A DNA stretch of 64,000 nucleotides from Bdellovibrionales bacterium (GCA_021731045.1 JAKFYE010000026.1:32027-96026); one strand, 5' to 3'; shown: positions 19,750 through 30,757, counted from the first letter of the stretch. Made by a program: numbers and translations. The notes: generated by a model from the sequence alone, not told the origin.

Positions 19750-20676
19750 GTTTTTCATTTTGGGGTCGAAGGCGTCGCGTAGTCCATCTCCGAAAAGATT
19801 AAACGCCAACATCGACAAGAATAAAGCAAATCCAGGATAAATAGCTAAATGCGGAAACGTTTTAAGTGAACGCCAACCTTCAGCCGCAAGTGAACCCCAA
19901 CTTGAATGCGGAGGCTGAAGACCTAAACCAATAAAGCTTAAAAAACTTTCGGCCAAAACATTTGCGGGAATTTGAAACGACAAAGATACGATAATCGGGC
20001 CTAGAATATTTGGCATAATATGTCTGAAGATAATGGTCGTACCTCTAGCACCTAATGCCGTGGCGGCCTCTACGAATAACATTTGTTTTGTCTGCAGAAC
20101 TTGGCCACGCACAAGACGCGCAATGCCGGCCCAACCCGTCGAACTTAAGGCGACCACAATCGCAATGACGGCTTTAAGTTCTGAGTTTTCAATAGTAACA
20201 ACTTCAAATGCTAACATAATCAAAATCAAAAGCACGATATCAGGAATTGAAAATAGAATATCAATTAAACGCATGAGCAGCGCATCTGTCTTTCCGCCAA
20301 ACCAACCTGAAATGGCACCGTAAATAGCACCTACAAAAAGTGAAATCAAAGCCGTGACGATTCCGACCGTCATAGAAACACGACCGCCATAAATTAAGCG
20401 CGAGAGTAAATCGCGGCCAAGACTATCGGTGCCTAACCAATTTGTTGAATTGGGAGGCAAAAGCATACGGCCAATATCTTGAGTCTCGTAAGAAAAAGGT
20501 GCGAGCCATTGGGCACAGAAACTGATCGAGCAAATAAAAATAATAAAATAGCCTGAATAAATAGCGGCTTTATTTTTTTTCAAACGCTTAACCGCATCAC
20601 TCCAAAGACTTGTGCCTTTTTTATTAGAAGGTGCAAGTGTTGAGGTCGTAGTAACAGTGGCTCCAGTTGCACTCAT
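19744..20676 (-). CDS. oppC: Oligopeptide ABC transporter permease OppC
   Basis: LGTDSLGRD, EAA loop (FVEAATALGA), ESFLSFIGLG, GDGLRDAFDP. Confidence 0.94.
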   Translation of the reverse strand: MSATGATVTTTSTLAPSNKKGTSLWSDAVKRLKKNKAAIYSGYFIIFICSISFCAQWLAPFSYETQDIGRMLLPPNSTNWLGTDSLGRDLLSRLIYGGRVSMTVGIVTALISLFVGAIYGAISGWFGGKTDALLMRLIDILFSIPDIVLLILIMLAFEVVTIENSELKAVIAIVVALSSTGWAGIARLVRGQVLQTKQMLFVEAATALGARGTTIIFRHIMPNILGPIIVSLSFQIPANVLAESFLSFIGLGLQPPHSSWGSLAAEGWRSLKTFPHLAIYPGFALFLSMLAFNLFGDGLRDAFDPKMKNR

Positions 20677-21749
20677 GATAATTTAATCCTTGGATCAATA
20701 ACGACGTACAATAGATCTACAACTAAGTTCGCTAAAACAAGAAGGGAACCGTACAAAAGCGTCAGCGCCATCACAAGTGGATAATCACGATTCGTCACAC
20801 TTTGAATGGTGTGCTTACCCATACCCGGAATTGCAAAAATAAGTTCGATAACAAACGAGCCCGTTAAAATTCCCGCAATTAATGGTCCCGAAACGGTTAC
20901 AACTGGAATCAACGAGTTACGAAGAACGTGTTTAAATAAAACTACTTTTTGCTCCAGACCTTTTGCATACGCAGTACGAATATAATCAGCGCGAATCACA
21001 TCCAGCACACTCGATCGCGTCAGTCGCGCAATAACGGCCGCCGGACGGATTCCTAAAATAAGAACTGGCATTATGTAATACTCAGGTCCATTCCACAGAG
21101 CCGGGGGCAACCATTCTAACCAAAATGAAAATATTAAAACCATAATAGGCGCCACAAAAAAAGATGGAAGCGCGACCCCGCTAATAGCAAAACCCATGGC
21201 GATAGTGTCGAGCGGCTTATTATGATTAGCTGCCGCAATAACCCCCAAAGGAATCCCTATAAGGAAACTTAAAAGTAAAGCGTACACGCCTAATTGTACC
21301 GAAACGGGAAAAGACTCTGCTACGATGTCTGTAATTGGCCGGCCCACATACTTGTAAGATTCCCCAAAATCAAAATGAGCAATCTTATTAAGATAATCTC
21401 CGTATTGCACAAGCAAGGGTTCATTGAGTTTGTATTTCGCTTCGATATTGGCTTTGACCTCTGCAGGCAAAGCTTTTTCGCTATCGAAAGGTCCGCCCGG
21501 AATAAAGCGCAACAGTAAAAATGTAATCGTGGCTAAAACAAATAAAGTTAACAAAGCTTCAAAAATTCTTTTGGCCACGTATTCGAGAATATTTTGAGAT
21601 AACACGATGTAAACAAGATTCATCACCGTCAAAGCGCTGATGATATACCAAAGGAAAGACGGAATCTCTGATCCCGTCCAATCTAAAGCCCCTGCTGAAA
21701 AAAGGGCCACAATTAATGCGACCCCGAGAATCGTTCCTAGGTTTTTCAT
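20673..21749 (-). CDS. oppB: Oligopeptide ABC transporter permease OppB (extra N-terminal TM pair)
   Basis: PGGPFD, DFGES, DYIRTAYAKGL, RDYPLV, DPRI. Confidence 0.94.
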   Translation of the reverse strand: MKNLGTILGVALIVALFSAGALDWTGSEIPSFLWYIISALTVMNLVYIVLSQNILEYVAKRIFEALLTLFVLATITFLLLRFIPGGPFDSEKALPAEVKANIEAKYKLNEPLLVQYGDYLNKIAHFDFGESYKYVGRPITDIVAESFPVSVQLGVYALLLSFLIGIPLGVIAAANHNKPLDTIAMGFAISGVALPSFFVAPIMVLIFSFWLEWLPPALWNGPEYYIMPVLILGIRPAAVIARLTRSSVLDVIRADYIRTAYAKGLEQKVVLFKHVLRNSLIPVVTVSGPLIAGILTGSFVIELIFAIPGMGKHTIQSVTNRDYPLVMALTLLYGSLLVLANLVVDLLYVVIDPRIKLS

Positions 21750-23368
21750 TACTTCAGCGATGATCCTTCAGCGCCCGCAACTTCAACTCCATCGTAGATA
21801 CGGCGAGATAACGGATTTACAGGAAAGTTTCGCACGCGTTCTGAGATCAACATGTGAGTTACACCCGTGTAAACAGGCAAAACGGGAGCATCGGTCTCAG
21901 TTAAAATCTTTTGAGCTTCGGTATACATCGTTTTACGTTTGGCTTCGTTCAACTCAGCCGCGCCGTCTTCAACTAATTTATCAAACTTAGGATTCTTCCA
22001 ACCTGTGTGATTGTTTTCTGAATACGAAGTCATAAGATTGATAAAGTTGTCTGGATCTGGGTAATCGGATTGCCAACCCATTCGGTAAATTTGTGGCGTG
22101 TCGGATTGTAATGATTTTAAATACACTTTCCACTCTTCATTTTTAAGCTCTACGTCGACACCTAAATTTGTCTTAAGCTGAGCTTGGACGTTTTCGGCGA
22201 TACGCTTGTGGTTTTCATTCGTGTTAAAACCAATTGAAACTTTAGGAAGTTTTTTAGGATCTGCAAATCCCGCTTCTTTTAAAAGCTCTTTGGCTTTTGC
22301 AGGATCAAATTTTAATCCTAAGTCATCAACGTATCCCATCATTCCTTTTGGCACCCAACCGTTCAATGGAATTTGTCCACCGTTTAACATTTTTACGATT
22401 TGGCTTTTATCCACGGCCATCGCAAAAGCGGCTCGCACTTTCACATTATTAAATGGCGCTTTTTTAGTATTGAACCCGTAATAGTACGTCGTGAGAATAC
22501 TCTCTTCTCGATACTCTTTACGTTTTCTCAAAGACTCCAACTCCGTTGAAGGAAGCTCTGGTAAGAAATCGATTTTTTTAGCATCAAAAAGACTGATCGC
22601 AGTTGAAGAGTCGTTGATCATATAAGCCAAAACATTTTTAATTTTTGGTTTTTCGCCCCAGTAATTTTCGTTTCGCTCCCAAACCATGGCTTTGTCATGG
22701 TCCCAAACTTTAAGTTTAAATGGCCCTAGAGTTTGTAAATTTGCAGGATCTGTCCATCGGTCACCAAACTTCGCAATAAGATCTTTACGAATAGGAAGTC
22801 CTGAGTGATGGGTTAACAACATCGGAAAGAACGCCATTGGTTTTTCGAGTTCAACCGTGAGTTCATATTTGCCTGTCGCTTTAACACCAACTTTGGAAAA
22901 GTCTTTCTCTTTACCTTCGGTATAGGACTTCGCATTTTTCACGTTATAGAAAAAGTAGGCGTACTCTGACGCCGTAGCCGGAGCCAATAAACGCTCCCAA
23001 CCGTCGACAACGTGTTGCGCTTCAAACTCGACTCCGTCGGTCCACTTCACACCTTGGCGTAGTGTGAATTTCCATTTACGAGCTTTGTCAGAGGATTCCC
23101 ATTTTTCAGCAAGACTCGGTTTGAGGTGAAGCTCAGGATCTGCAAGATTGTACTCAACGAGCGTACTCATAATATTAAATATGACATCGGCCGAAGTGGT
23201 ATCAGTTGCTTTGTTCCAGTCAATGCTAGGGGGCTCAACTTGAAGGTTGATCCGCAATGTGTCTTTAAGCTCAAGACCGTACTCAAGTTTGTCGGCTTTT
23301 TTTGTACAACCGATAGAAACTACAACGAGACCTGCTACTAAAAAACCGATGATATGTTTATGAAACAT
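21749..23368 (-). CDS. oppA: Peptide ABC transporter substrate-binding lipoprotein OppA/MppA-like
   Basis: AGGAGG RBS before ATG 23368; lipobox VSIGC; family 5 SBP motifs (LAEKW, KWTDG, GPFKL, GWQSDYPDP). Confidence 0.93.
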   Translation of the reverse strand: MFHKHIIGFLVAGLVVVSIGCTKKADKLEYGLELKDTLRINLQVEPPSIDWNKATDTTSADVIFNIMSTLVEYNLADPELHLKPSLAEKWESSDKARKWKFTLRQGVKWTDGVEFEAQHVVDGWERLLAPATASEYAYFFYNVKNAKSYTEGKEKDFSKVGVKATGKYELTVELEKPMAFFPMLLTHHSGLPIRKDLIAKFGDRWTDPANLQTLGPFKLKVWDHDKAMVWERNENYWGEKPKIKNVLAYMINDSSTAISLFDAKKIDFLPELPSTELESLRKRKEYREESILTTYYYGFNTKKAPFNNVKVRAAFAMAVDKSQIVKMLNGGQIPLNGWVPKGMMGYVDDLGLKFDPAKAKELLKEAGFADPKKLPKVSIGFNTNENHKRIAENVQAQLKTNLGVDVELKNEEWKVYLKSLQSDTPQIYRMGWQSDYPDPDNFINLMTSYSENNHTGWKNPKFDKLVEDGAAELNEAKRKTMYTEAQKILTETDAPVLPVYTGVTHMLISERVRNFPVNPLSRRIYDGVEVAGAEGSSLK

Positions 23369-23502
23369 GAGTCCTCCTGATGAAGCCACGGTTTTCTATT
23401 TTTTAAGAGTTGATGTCAATACTCATGGGTGATGCACAGGAGTTTGCGCAGCGCATTTAGAGCTGATTTTTTATTCTCGTTTTTTAAGTCTTAAACATGA
23501 GC

Positions 23503-26037
23503 TTAAATGTCGTCCCAAGATTCTTTTGTCGGAACGGGACCATCGACTTCAACGCCAACAGGCCCTGTCAGCCAAGTTAAAATCTTCTTAGGATCTTTTT
23601 GATAAAGGTTCGAATAGACATAAAAATTATGGGTCACTTTTTTAACATAGTTACGCGTTTCAAAATATGGAATGTGTTCGATAAATTCGTCCATATCGAG
23701 CTTTCCAAAAGATTTAATCCAAGCCGCCACCCGATGCGGACCCGCATTGTAAGCCGCCGCGATCAACGGAATTTTATGATTAAGTTTTTGATCGAGTCGT
23801 CCCAAATACCGAGAGCCTAATCGAATATTCATTTCGGGCTCAACCAATTGGTTAGTACGAAACCCTGCGATCTGTAAAAGCGAAGCCACTTTTTCTGCCG
23901 TATAAGGCATAAGTTGCATCAAGCCCATGGCGCCCACTGGCGAAACAACGTCAGGTTTGTAACGACTTTCAGCACGCATGATACTCCAAACAAGTTCTTG
24001 CGAAATTCGAAAGTTTTTTGCAAACGTGGAAACCGTGCGATCAAATGCTTTCGGATAACAAAATTGCCAAAGATATTTAGCTTTCTCTAAACCTTGCTTT
24101 GAACGTAGTCCGCCAAACTCCTCTTGAGCAATATTACTTGAGCGATTAAAAGCACCGTTGGCTTCGTACTCGCTCATCAGCATTTTTAAATAATCGCGAT
24201 TGCGTGTACGACGTTCGATTTCCCAAAGTTCGTACTTGGCCCAATCATGAAAGCCTAAAATGGCCAAGTCACTCGCCCGTTTAAAACGCGACGTTAAACG
24301 TGGATCTTTGAAACTCGTTTTTTGTGGGTTATCGACGTCTTCATTATTTGCCAAATCCGCAGGAATGGCTTCGTCGGCCGCGACCGCATCGGTCGTGTCG
24401 TCTTCATCGTCAGTGAGTTGCAAGCCGCTTTCAGCTTCATCGTCTTCGGACTTCACCTGCTTAACTTCAGGAGCTTCGCCACTCTCGCGATCTGCCAGAG
24501 GAACAGGCTCGACAGGAATGAGCGGTTCATTTTCGCCGGTTCTAAAAAGACCAATCTTTGGAAGTTCTCCCGGAAGGGCGGGTTTACTTGGATCTTGTAA
24601 ACCCGCGAGTCCCCGCTTGTGAGCTTCTTCTTTTAAATTTTCTAAACGCGCGAGGGCAGTAAGCGAGTAGTAGCCTAAAAGTTTGTCATCTGCGACGTTC
24701 TGAAATAATGTTTTCGCTTCGTTGAGTCTTCCACCTTTCATCAAACTCATGGCACGCCAATAATTGATACGATCTTGCGAATAGGTCATGCGAATTTTAC
24801 GTGATCCACGCGAAGACATTTGCGAAAACTTCTCGTAGGCACCATCGTAATCATTTTTAAGATAGCGAATCCAAGCCATGTACCACTTTGCATCTCGACT
24901 TAATCCACTCGTAGAAAACTTTTTTAAGAAACTATCAAATTTTGTGGCCGCACCATCGTAATCGTTATTTTGATAACTTAAGAAAGCCGCTTGAAAAAGA
25001 GCTTCGCGTCCTTTACGAGAATTTGGCGTTAACTGAAACGCGCGAAAGTAGGCCCCCGAAGCCGTTTGGTATTCTCCAGCGCGGGAAGCGGCTTTTCCCA
25101 TTAACATGAGGTACGAGTAATCGGTGCCGTGAGTTTTATAATACGGAATCAAAATTTTAAAGGCCTCATCGACATGTCCATCGGTAACAAGAAAATTCGC
25201 CAAAATAACATCAGTATAATATGTCGCAAATTCTCCCGTGCGTTTACGAAGGACTTCGATCTCTTCACGCGCTTTATTTGATAGTCCCGCATATTGGAGA
25301 TTGCGAATTCGCGTTTTCAGATCATTCGGACTCGCAATGCAACCCGCTTTTTGCCCTGCAATTTCAACTTTATGTAAATCAATCGTCCACGTTTTTAAAA
25401 GATCGTCACCGGGATATTGCATGTAGAGTTTGCGCATCCATTTGCACACGCGCATACGATTTTTAGAACCCAAATCTGAACGGACAAGATTGATCACAGC
25501 CGATGTGTAGCGCGGGGTCCGTCGTAATTTTTTTTCTAGGTAGCCAAAATGATGAGACGATTCACGGTAGTCTTTGTCCTCGAGGGCAATTTCTCCCAGA
25601 GTAAACCGCGCGTCTACATAACGTTGACTCATCGGTTTGTAGTCCATCACTTTTTGTAATTCGCGCTTGGCCTCTTTTTTGTTTCCCATGCGAAGAAAAC
25701 TTTGTCCGATGTAATAATGAGCAAAGTCGTCTATACGGATTCCTAAATTGATCGCCTCCAACATATTTTTTTGTACTTCTGGATCATTACCTTGTTCAAA
25801 ATAAGTTACGCCTAAAGCAAAATACGCAAGAGTGCGAGTTTCGACATCCGGGGACGCAGTTTTTGTTTTCAAAATACGGATGGCTTCGTCAACTTGATCA
25901 CTCGACGCTAAGGCTCGGTAAATTTGAAATTCCGACGAAGCTTGGACCGACAGCGTCGTAAATATCAATATTAATTTTAAAGATAAGGAGACAAACCTAG
26001 ACAAAAAAATCACTCCATGATTTCTACTTAAGGGCAC
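23503..26037 (-). CDS. Soluble lytic transglycosylase (Slt70-like) with TPR repeats
   Basis: Signal peptide, TPR-like helices, SLT motifs IMRAES, GAMGLMQLMP, AAYNAG, ETRNYV; start uncertain by a few codons. Confidence 0.92.
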   Translation of the reverse strand: MPLSRNHGVIFLSRFVSLSLKLILIFTTLSVQASSEFQIYRALASSDQVDEAIRILKTKTASPDVETRTLAYFALGVTYFEQGNDPEVQKNMLEAINLGIRIDDFAHYYIGQSFLRMGNKKEAKRELQKVMDYKPMSQRYVDARFTLGEIALEDKDYRESSHHFGYLEKKLRRTPRYTSAVINLVRSDLGSKNRMRVCKWMRKLYMQYPGDDLLKTWTIDLHKVEIAGQKAGCIASPNDLKTRIRNLQYAGLSNKAREEIEVLRKRTGEFATYYTDVILANFLVTDGHVDEAFKILIPYYKTHGTDYSYLMLMGKAASRAGEYQTASGAYFRAFQLTPNSRKGREALFQAAFLSYQNNDYDGAATKFDSFLKKFSTSGLSRDAKWYMAWIRYLKNDYDGAYEKFSQMSSRGSRKIRMTYSQDRINYWRAMSLMKGGRLNEAKTLFQNVADDKLLGYYSLTALARLENLKEEAHKRGLAGLQDPSKPALPGELPKIGLFRTGENEPLIPVEPVPLADRESGEAPEVKQVKSEDDEAESGLQLTDDEDDTTDAVAADEAIPADLANNEDVDNPQKTSFKDPRLTSRFKRASDLAILGFHDWAKYELWEIERRTRNRDYLKMLMSEYEANGAFNRSSNIAQEEFGGLRSKQGLEKAKYLWQFCYPKAFDRTVSTFAKNFRISQELVWSIMRAESRYKPDVVSPVGAMGLMQLMPYTAEKVASLLQIAGFRTNQLVEPEMNIRLGSRYLGRLDQKLNHKIPLIAAAYNAGPHRVAAWIKSFGKLDMDEFIEHIPYFETRNYVKKVTHNFYVYSNLYQKDPKKILTWLTGPVGVEVDGPVPTKESWDDI

Positions 26038-26069
26038 CTAACGTTCTCTCAATATGGTAACAAGAGCAC

Positions 26070-27467
26070 ATGGCGAAAGCGAAGTCGAAAATTCTTTTTG
26101 TTTGTCAAAACTGCGGTGCTCAAAGCCCAAAATGGCAGGGGCGTTGTAGTGAGTGTAACGAGTGGAATACTTATGTCGAAGAGGTGTCAGCAAGACCCGA
26201 CCAAAGTCGCGGCTGGGCCATTTCGGCTGCCTCAGATACAGGCACCCTTACGACGGTGACATTGGATCAAAAGATTCAAGAGATCAAACATGTGCGTTAT
26301 CCGACATCTTTTTCTGAAATTGACCGCGTATTAGGTGGCGGACTCGTGCCTGGAAGCTTTGTTTTATTAGGCGGCGATCCCGGCATTGGCAAAAGTACGA
26401 TTCTTCTACAAATGGCCGGCGGATTCGCAAAACAAGATCTGCACGTTTTGTATGTTTCTGCGGAAGAAAGCGTTTCGCAAACAGCATTGCGGGCGCAAAG
26501 ATTAGGCGTACGCTCGGCACAGGTTGAAATCGCCAGTGAAAGCAATTTGGAGCTGCTTATTGATTTGGTAAAGAAAAAATCTCCTGATATTTTGGTGGTC
26601 GATTCGATTCAAACCGTGTTTCTGCCAACTATCGCATCTGCACCCGGATCGGTCTCTCAAGTTCGCGAGTGTGCCGCCTACTTAATGGGCTTAGCTAAAA
26701 ATCAAAATATTTCAGTTTTCGTAGTCGGACACGTGACTAAAGATGGCGCGATTGCGGGTCCAAAAGTTCTGGAGCACATGGTGGACACTGTTTTGTCGTT
26801 TGAAGGTGATCCCAGCCATCAGTTTCGTTTGTTACGGGCTTTAAAGAATCGCTTTGGAGCCACGCACGAGTTGGGCGTTTTTCAAATGGCCACTGAAGGT
26901 TTACGTGAAGTGACCAACCCTTCTGAGCTTTTTTTGGAAGAACGCGGAGAAACTCTTGTCGGTTCAAGTGTTTTTGCCGCGATGGAAGGCACACGTCCGC
27001 TCTTGTGTGAAGTTCAGGCGCTCACCGTAAAATCTTATATGGCAACACCGCGAAGAACCGGCATTGGTTTTGATACGCAACGGACCCACGTGTTAAGTGC
27101 AGTGCTTGATAAACATTTAGATTTAGATCTGGCTCATCATGATGTCTTTATCAACGTCGTTGGGGGGTTAAAACTCGAGGAGCCAGCGGCGGATCTTTCA
27201 GTTGCGGCAGCCATTTTATCTTCAGCACAAAACTTTGAGGTGATGCCGAAGATGGCGTTTATCGGTGAAGTGGGGTTGACAGGCGAAGTGCGCGCGGTTG
27301 CGTTTTCAGAAATTCGTGTGCGCGAAGCCTTTAAGTTAGGATTTCAATCGATCGTTGTACCCGAAAGCAATCGTAAGCATTTAAAATCTTCTAATTATGA
27401 TGCAAACAAAATTGTCTACGTTAAAAATCTCAGAGATCTTCAAGCGGTCTTAGCTAAGAAAAAGTAG
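26070..27467 (+). CDS. radA: DNA repair protein RadA/Sms
   Basis: CxxC..CxxC zinc finger, GDPGIGKST, KNRFG, Lon-like C-terminal domain. Confidence 0.98.
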   Translation: MAKAKSKILFVCQNCGAQSPKWQGRCSECNEWNTYVEEVSARPDQSRGWAISAASDTGTLTTVTLDQKIQEIKHVRYPTSFSEIDRVLGGGLVPGSFVLLGGDPGIGKSTILLQMAGGFAKQDLHVLYVSAEESVSQTALRAQRLGVRSAQVEIASESNLELLIDLVKKKSPDILVVDSIQTVFLPTIASAPGSVSQVRECAAYLMGLAKNQNISVFVVGHVTKDGAIAGPKVLEHMVDTVLSFEGDPSHQFRLLRALKNRFGATHELGVFQMATEGLREVTNPSELFLEERGETLVGSSVFAAMEGTRPLLCEVQALTVKSYMATPRRTGIGFDTQRTHVLSAVLDKHLDLDLAHHDVFINVVGGLKLEEPAADLSVAAAILSSAQNFEVMPKMAFIGEVGLTGEVRAVAFSEIRVREAFKLGFQSIVVPESNRKHLKSSNYDANKIVYVKNLRDLQAVLAKKK

Positions 27468-27598
27468 CTTACACAAAGTTCCATTCTAGACTTTGTTACA
27501 GAGTCATTCTGCCACGTATTGAGAGACAAAAAAGTACATACGCCTTGCCATTTTGTCGTCCTTCTAATTTGAATACGTGTTTGATATCCGGAGGCGTG

Positions 27599-27614
27599 TG
27601 GTCTTCGATTTGCT
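27599..27614 (+). promoter_or_regulatory. Putative sigma54 promoter
   Basis: TGGTCTTCGATTTGCT fits GG-N10-GC, upstream of the cupredoxin gene. Confidence 0.5.
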
Positions 27615-27647
27615 CTTATAAATTTAAAAATTAACAAGGAGCGATCC

Positions 27648-28088
27648 ATGAAATCTATTTTAAGTTTTGCCACGGTCTTACTGATGGGATTTTCGACTTG
27701 GAGTGCCCGCGCAGATGTGATTTCTTCGGTGCAGTGTTCAGATGCCATCAATTGGGATACGGTCACCACAATTGAAGTTACATTGCGAGATTTTGACATT
27801 CGGCCCGAGCACATTTTGCTTAAGGCCTGTCAACCTTACGTTTTTGTAATCTCGAATACGGGAGATAAAGATCATGACTTTTATTCAAAATCCTTTTTTG
27901 CGAATATCATGCTCTTAGATGATGACGCCGGGCTAGTAAAAGCGGAGTTTGAAACACTTTATGTCAGCCCTGGTCTCACAACTCGAGTGATGTTTGTTCC
28001 AACTGCCTTGGGCGAATTTGATTATAAGTGTTCGCACCTTGGCCACAACTTACTTGGTATGAGCGGTACGATCGAAGTTGTGAATTAA
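27648..28088 (+). CDS. Secreted cupredoxin-domain protein
   Basis: Signal peptide; type-1 copper ligands H(DF)...C-S-H-L-G-H-x-x-x-G-M-x-G-x-I. Confidence 0.88.
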   Translation: MKSILSFATVLLMGFSTWSARADVISSVQCSDAINWDTVTTIEVTLRDFDIRPEHILLKACQPYVFVISNTGDKDHDFYSKSFFANIMLLDDDAGLVKAEFETLYVSPGLTTRVMFVPTALGEFDYKCSHLGHNLLGMSGTIEVVN

Positions 28089-28119
28089 ATCTCTTTAGAC
28101 CAGGGGCGTCCTCTACCCT

Positions 28120-28156
28120 AACGGCGGTCACACCATGTGAGCCCGCCGTTTTTTTA
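28120..28156 (+). terminator. Rho-independent terminator
   Basis: AACGGCGG...CCGCCGTT stem followed by a T-run. Confidence 0.7.
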
Positions 28157-28196
28157 TGTAAATATTAAAGAGACACACTGAGGATTTCAGACCCCT

Positions 28197-29687
28197 CTAA
28201 GATTTTGTTCGAGAGATCGCGCGCTTCCAGCTTTTAAAACGTTCGGTACGATCAGATTCTTTAATTTTAGGCGTAAAATCACGGTCGAGTGTCCAGACCT
28301 CCCGAATCTCATTCATACTCTTCCAAAAACCGACGCCCAAACCTGCAAGAAAAGCTGCCCCTATCGAAGTGGTTTCGACATTACGAGGCCGTTCGATCAA
28401 AGTTTTTAAATAATCAGATTGGATTTGCATCAACAAATTATTTGCCGAAGCTCCGCCATCTACTTTTAAAACTTTGAGTCGTTTCTTCGCGTCTTTTTCC
28501 ATAGCAAAAAGTAAATCGCAATTTTGTAAAGCCATAGCTTCAAGTGTTGCGCGGGCAATATGAGCCCGAGTTGTTCCGCGAGTGAGACCGGTTATTGTTC
28601 CCCGCGCATAAGGATCCCAATAAGGCGCGCCCAACCCTGTCAATGCCGGCACAAACTCAACGCCGTCGGCGGTGGCAACGGAGCTCGCAAGCTCTTCAAT
28701 TTCATGACTCGATTTGATAAAACCCATTCCATCACGTAACCACTGAACCGCCGCACCACAAACAAACACGGAACCTTCAAGCGCGTAGGTCAAACTTTTT
28801 TGTCCACTTAACTTCCATGCGACCGTTGTGAGCATTCCGGATTTTGACATCATCATTTTTGAACCCGTGTTCATTAATATAAAACTACCGGTTCCGTAGG
28901 TGCACTTGGCTTCACCCGGCTCGAAACACGCCTGACCAAAAAGAGCGGCTTGCTGATCACCCGCAACTCCCGCCACCGGAATACCGCTCGCAATGGCATC
29001 ATTACTTCGAGTCACACCAAATAACCCACTTGAAGGATAGATCGTCGGAAGAATTGCCTCGGGAATTTCAAAAATTTTTAGAAGTTCTTTATCCCAACTT
29101 CCCGTTTTAATATTCATCAATTGCGTACGTGAGGCATTTGAAACATCCGTGGCGTGAACCTCCCCTCCTGTGAGCTTCCAAATCAAAAACGTATCGATGG
29201 TGCCCATCGCGATCTCACCATTTTGAGCTCTTTTTTTAAGTCCCGGAACATGATTCAAAATCCAACGAATTTTAGAAGCCGAGAAATAAGGATCGACCAC
29301 CAAACCTGTTTTGTTGCGAATGGTGCTTACAGTTTTTTTATTCTTTTTTAATTTTTCACAAAAATCAGAGGTTCGCCGACATTGCCAAACGATCGCGTTG
29401 TAAACAGGTTCACCCGTTTTACGATCCCATAAAATAACTGTTTCACGCTGGTTCGTAATTCCGATCGCCGCTATATCCTGAGACGCAATATGTTGGCTGC
29501 CCAGTGCCTGACCGATCGTCGAGGTGACCGACTTCCAAATCTGACCAGGGTCATGTTCGACCCAGCCCGGCTGCGGATATATTTGTTTAAATTCCTCATC
29601 GGCTGTCGCCACCACATCGCCGCGTTTGTTGTAGATACTGACCGTAGTACCGGTTGTTCCTTGATCGATGCTCAGAATGTACTTCAT
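28197..29687 (-). CDS. glpK: Glycerol kinase
   Basis: DQGTT, GITNQRET, WQCRRT, GDQQAALFG, GLGAPYW, VDGGA. Confidence 0.97.
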   Translation of the reverse strand: MKYILSIDQGTTGTTVSIYNKRGDVVATADEEFKQIYPQPGWVEHDPGQIWKSVTSTIGQALGSQHIASQDIAAIGITNQRETVILWDRKTGEPVYNAIVWQCRRTSDFCEKLKKNKKTVSTIRNKTGLVVDPYFSASKIRWILNHVPGLKKRAQNGEIAMGTIDTFLIWKLTGGEVHATDVSNASRTQLMNIKTGSWDKELLKIFEIPEAILPTIYPSSGLFGVTRSNDAIASGIPVAGVAGDQQAALFGQACFEPGEAKCTYGTGSFILMNTGSKMMMSKSGMLTTVAWKLSGQKSLTYALEGSVFVCGAAVQWLRDGMGFIKSSHEIEELASSVATADGVEFVPALTGLGAPYWDPYARGTITGLTRGTTRAHIARATLEAMALQNCDLLFAMEKDAKKRLKVLKVDGGASANNLLMQIQSDYLKTLIERPRNVETTSIGAAFLAGLGVGFWKSMNEIREVWTLDRDFTPKIKESDRTERFKSWKRAISRTKS

Positions 29688-29712
29688 AGATAAATCCTTA
29701 TGCTAATCTACA

Positions 29713-30489
29713 GTGATAATGAAGAATTTTTTTGAAAAGCCAACTGAAAAACTCTTTAATCTAAAAGAGCTGGACAAAGAGACGCTGCTGTTTCGAGTGA
29801 TGCCTCGTTTAATGATGGAAATCACCCGCAAATATTTTCGCATGCAAGTTGAAGGCACCGAAAATTTACCGCGACGCGGTCGCGCCATTATCATTCCTAA
29901 TCACTCAGGATATTCGGGCTTTGATGCTGTTTTACTCGCGCACGAAATTCATAAAGCCACAAAAAGAATTGCACGCGTACTCGCGCATCATCTTTGGTTC
30001 GTAAGTCCCGCAACCGCGATCCCCGCCCGTAAAATGGGTTTTGAAGAAGCGACGACGGCAAATGGTCTCAGTCTACTTAAAAAAAATCAGATGATTATTT
30101 TGTTTCCTGAAGGTGAATATGGAAACTTTAAACCCACAGCAAAAGCTTACCGCCTGCAAGAGTTCAAACGCGGCTTTGTGCGTATGGCACTCGCGACTCA
30201 AACGCCAATTATACCAACAATTATTATTGGCGCCGAAGAGACACACATTAATTTACGACAATTAAAGTTTGCAAAATATTTAATCGGAAGCGTTTTACCA
30301 TTACCGCTTAACATTATACCGCTACCCGCAAAATGGAAAATTCGTTTTCTCGAGCCCATTTATTTACCGTACAAACCGAGCGCCGTAAACGATCCCGAGC
30401 TTGTTCACGAAATCGCACAGGATATTCAAGAGCGCATGCAAAAAGCAATTTCCACGGAACTTAATAAACGTGGAACTATTTTTTTCTAG
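29713..30489 (+). CDS. Lysophospholipid/glycerol acyltransferase (PlsC superfamily)
   Basis: NHSG..FD (HxxxxD), FPEG, GFVRMAL, PIIP. Confidence 0.88.
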   Translation: MIMKNFFEKPTEKLFNLKELDKETLLFRVMPRLMMEITRKYFRMQVEGTENLPRRGRAIIIPNHSGYSGFDAVLLAHEIHKATKRIARVLAHHLWFVSPATAIPARKMGFEEATTANGLSLLKKNQMIILFPEGEYGNFKPTAKAYRLQEFKRGFVRMALATQTPIIPTIIIGAEETHINLRQLKFAKYLIGSVLPLPLNIIPLPAKWKIRFLEPIYLPYKPSAVNDPELVHEIAQDIQERMQKAISTELNKRGTIFF

Positions 30490-30757
30490 AGCCGATCTTG
30501 CTCTGTTGAAATCGTTTCTACATTAAGAGCCTGTAGGGCTTTCAATATGTCTTCTGACTCTAATTGCTTTCGGCCGCAGGCGCGTCTTCGGATTGCGCTA
30601 CAATGGCCGATAGCAATTGGGAAAACAACTTACCAAATTACTTGTATCGCAACCCGGATACGCCCCGCACGACGCAAACTAGAGTCAGAAGACATATTGA
30701 AAGCCCTACAGGCTCTTAAACCTATGTTTGCAAATCAACAGAGCAAGATCGGCTCGA
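30487..30757. repeat. ~270-bp nested-hairpin repeat element, copy A
   Basis: Perfect 21-bp outer IR (30489-30509/30735-30755), perfect 40-bp inner IR (30523-30562/30680-30719), 117-nt core; second copy in inverted orientation at 46997-47268. Confidence 0.95.
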
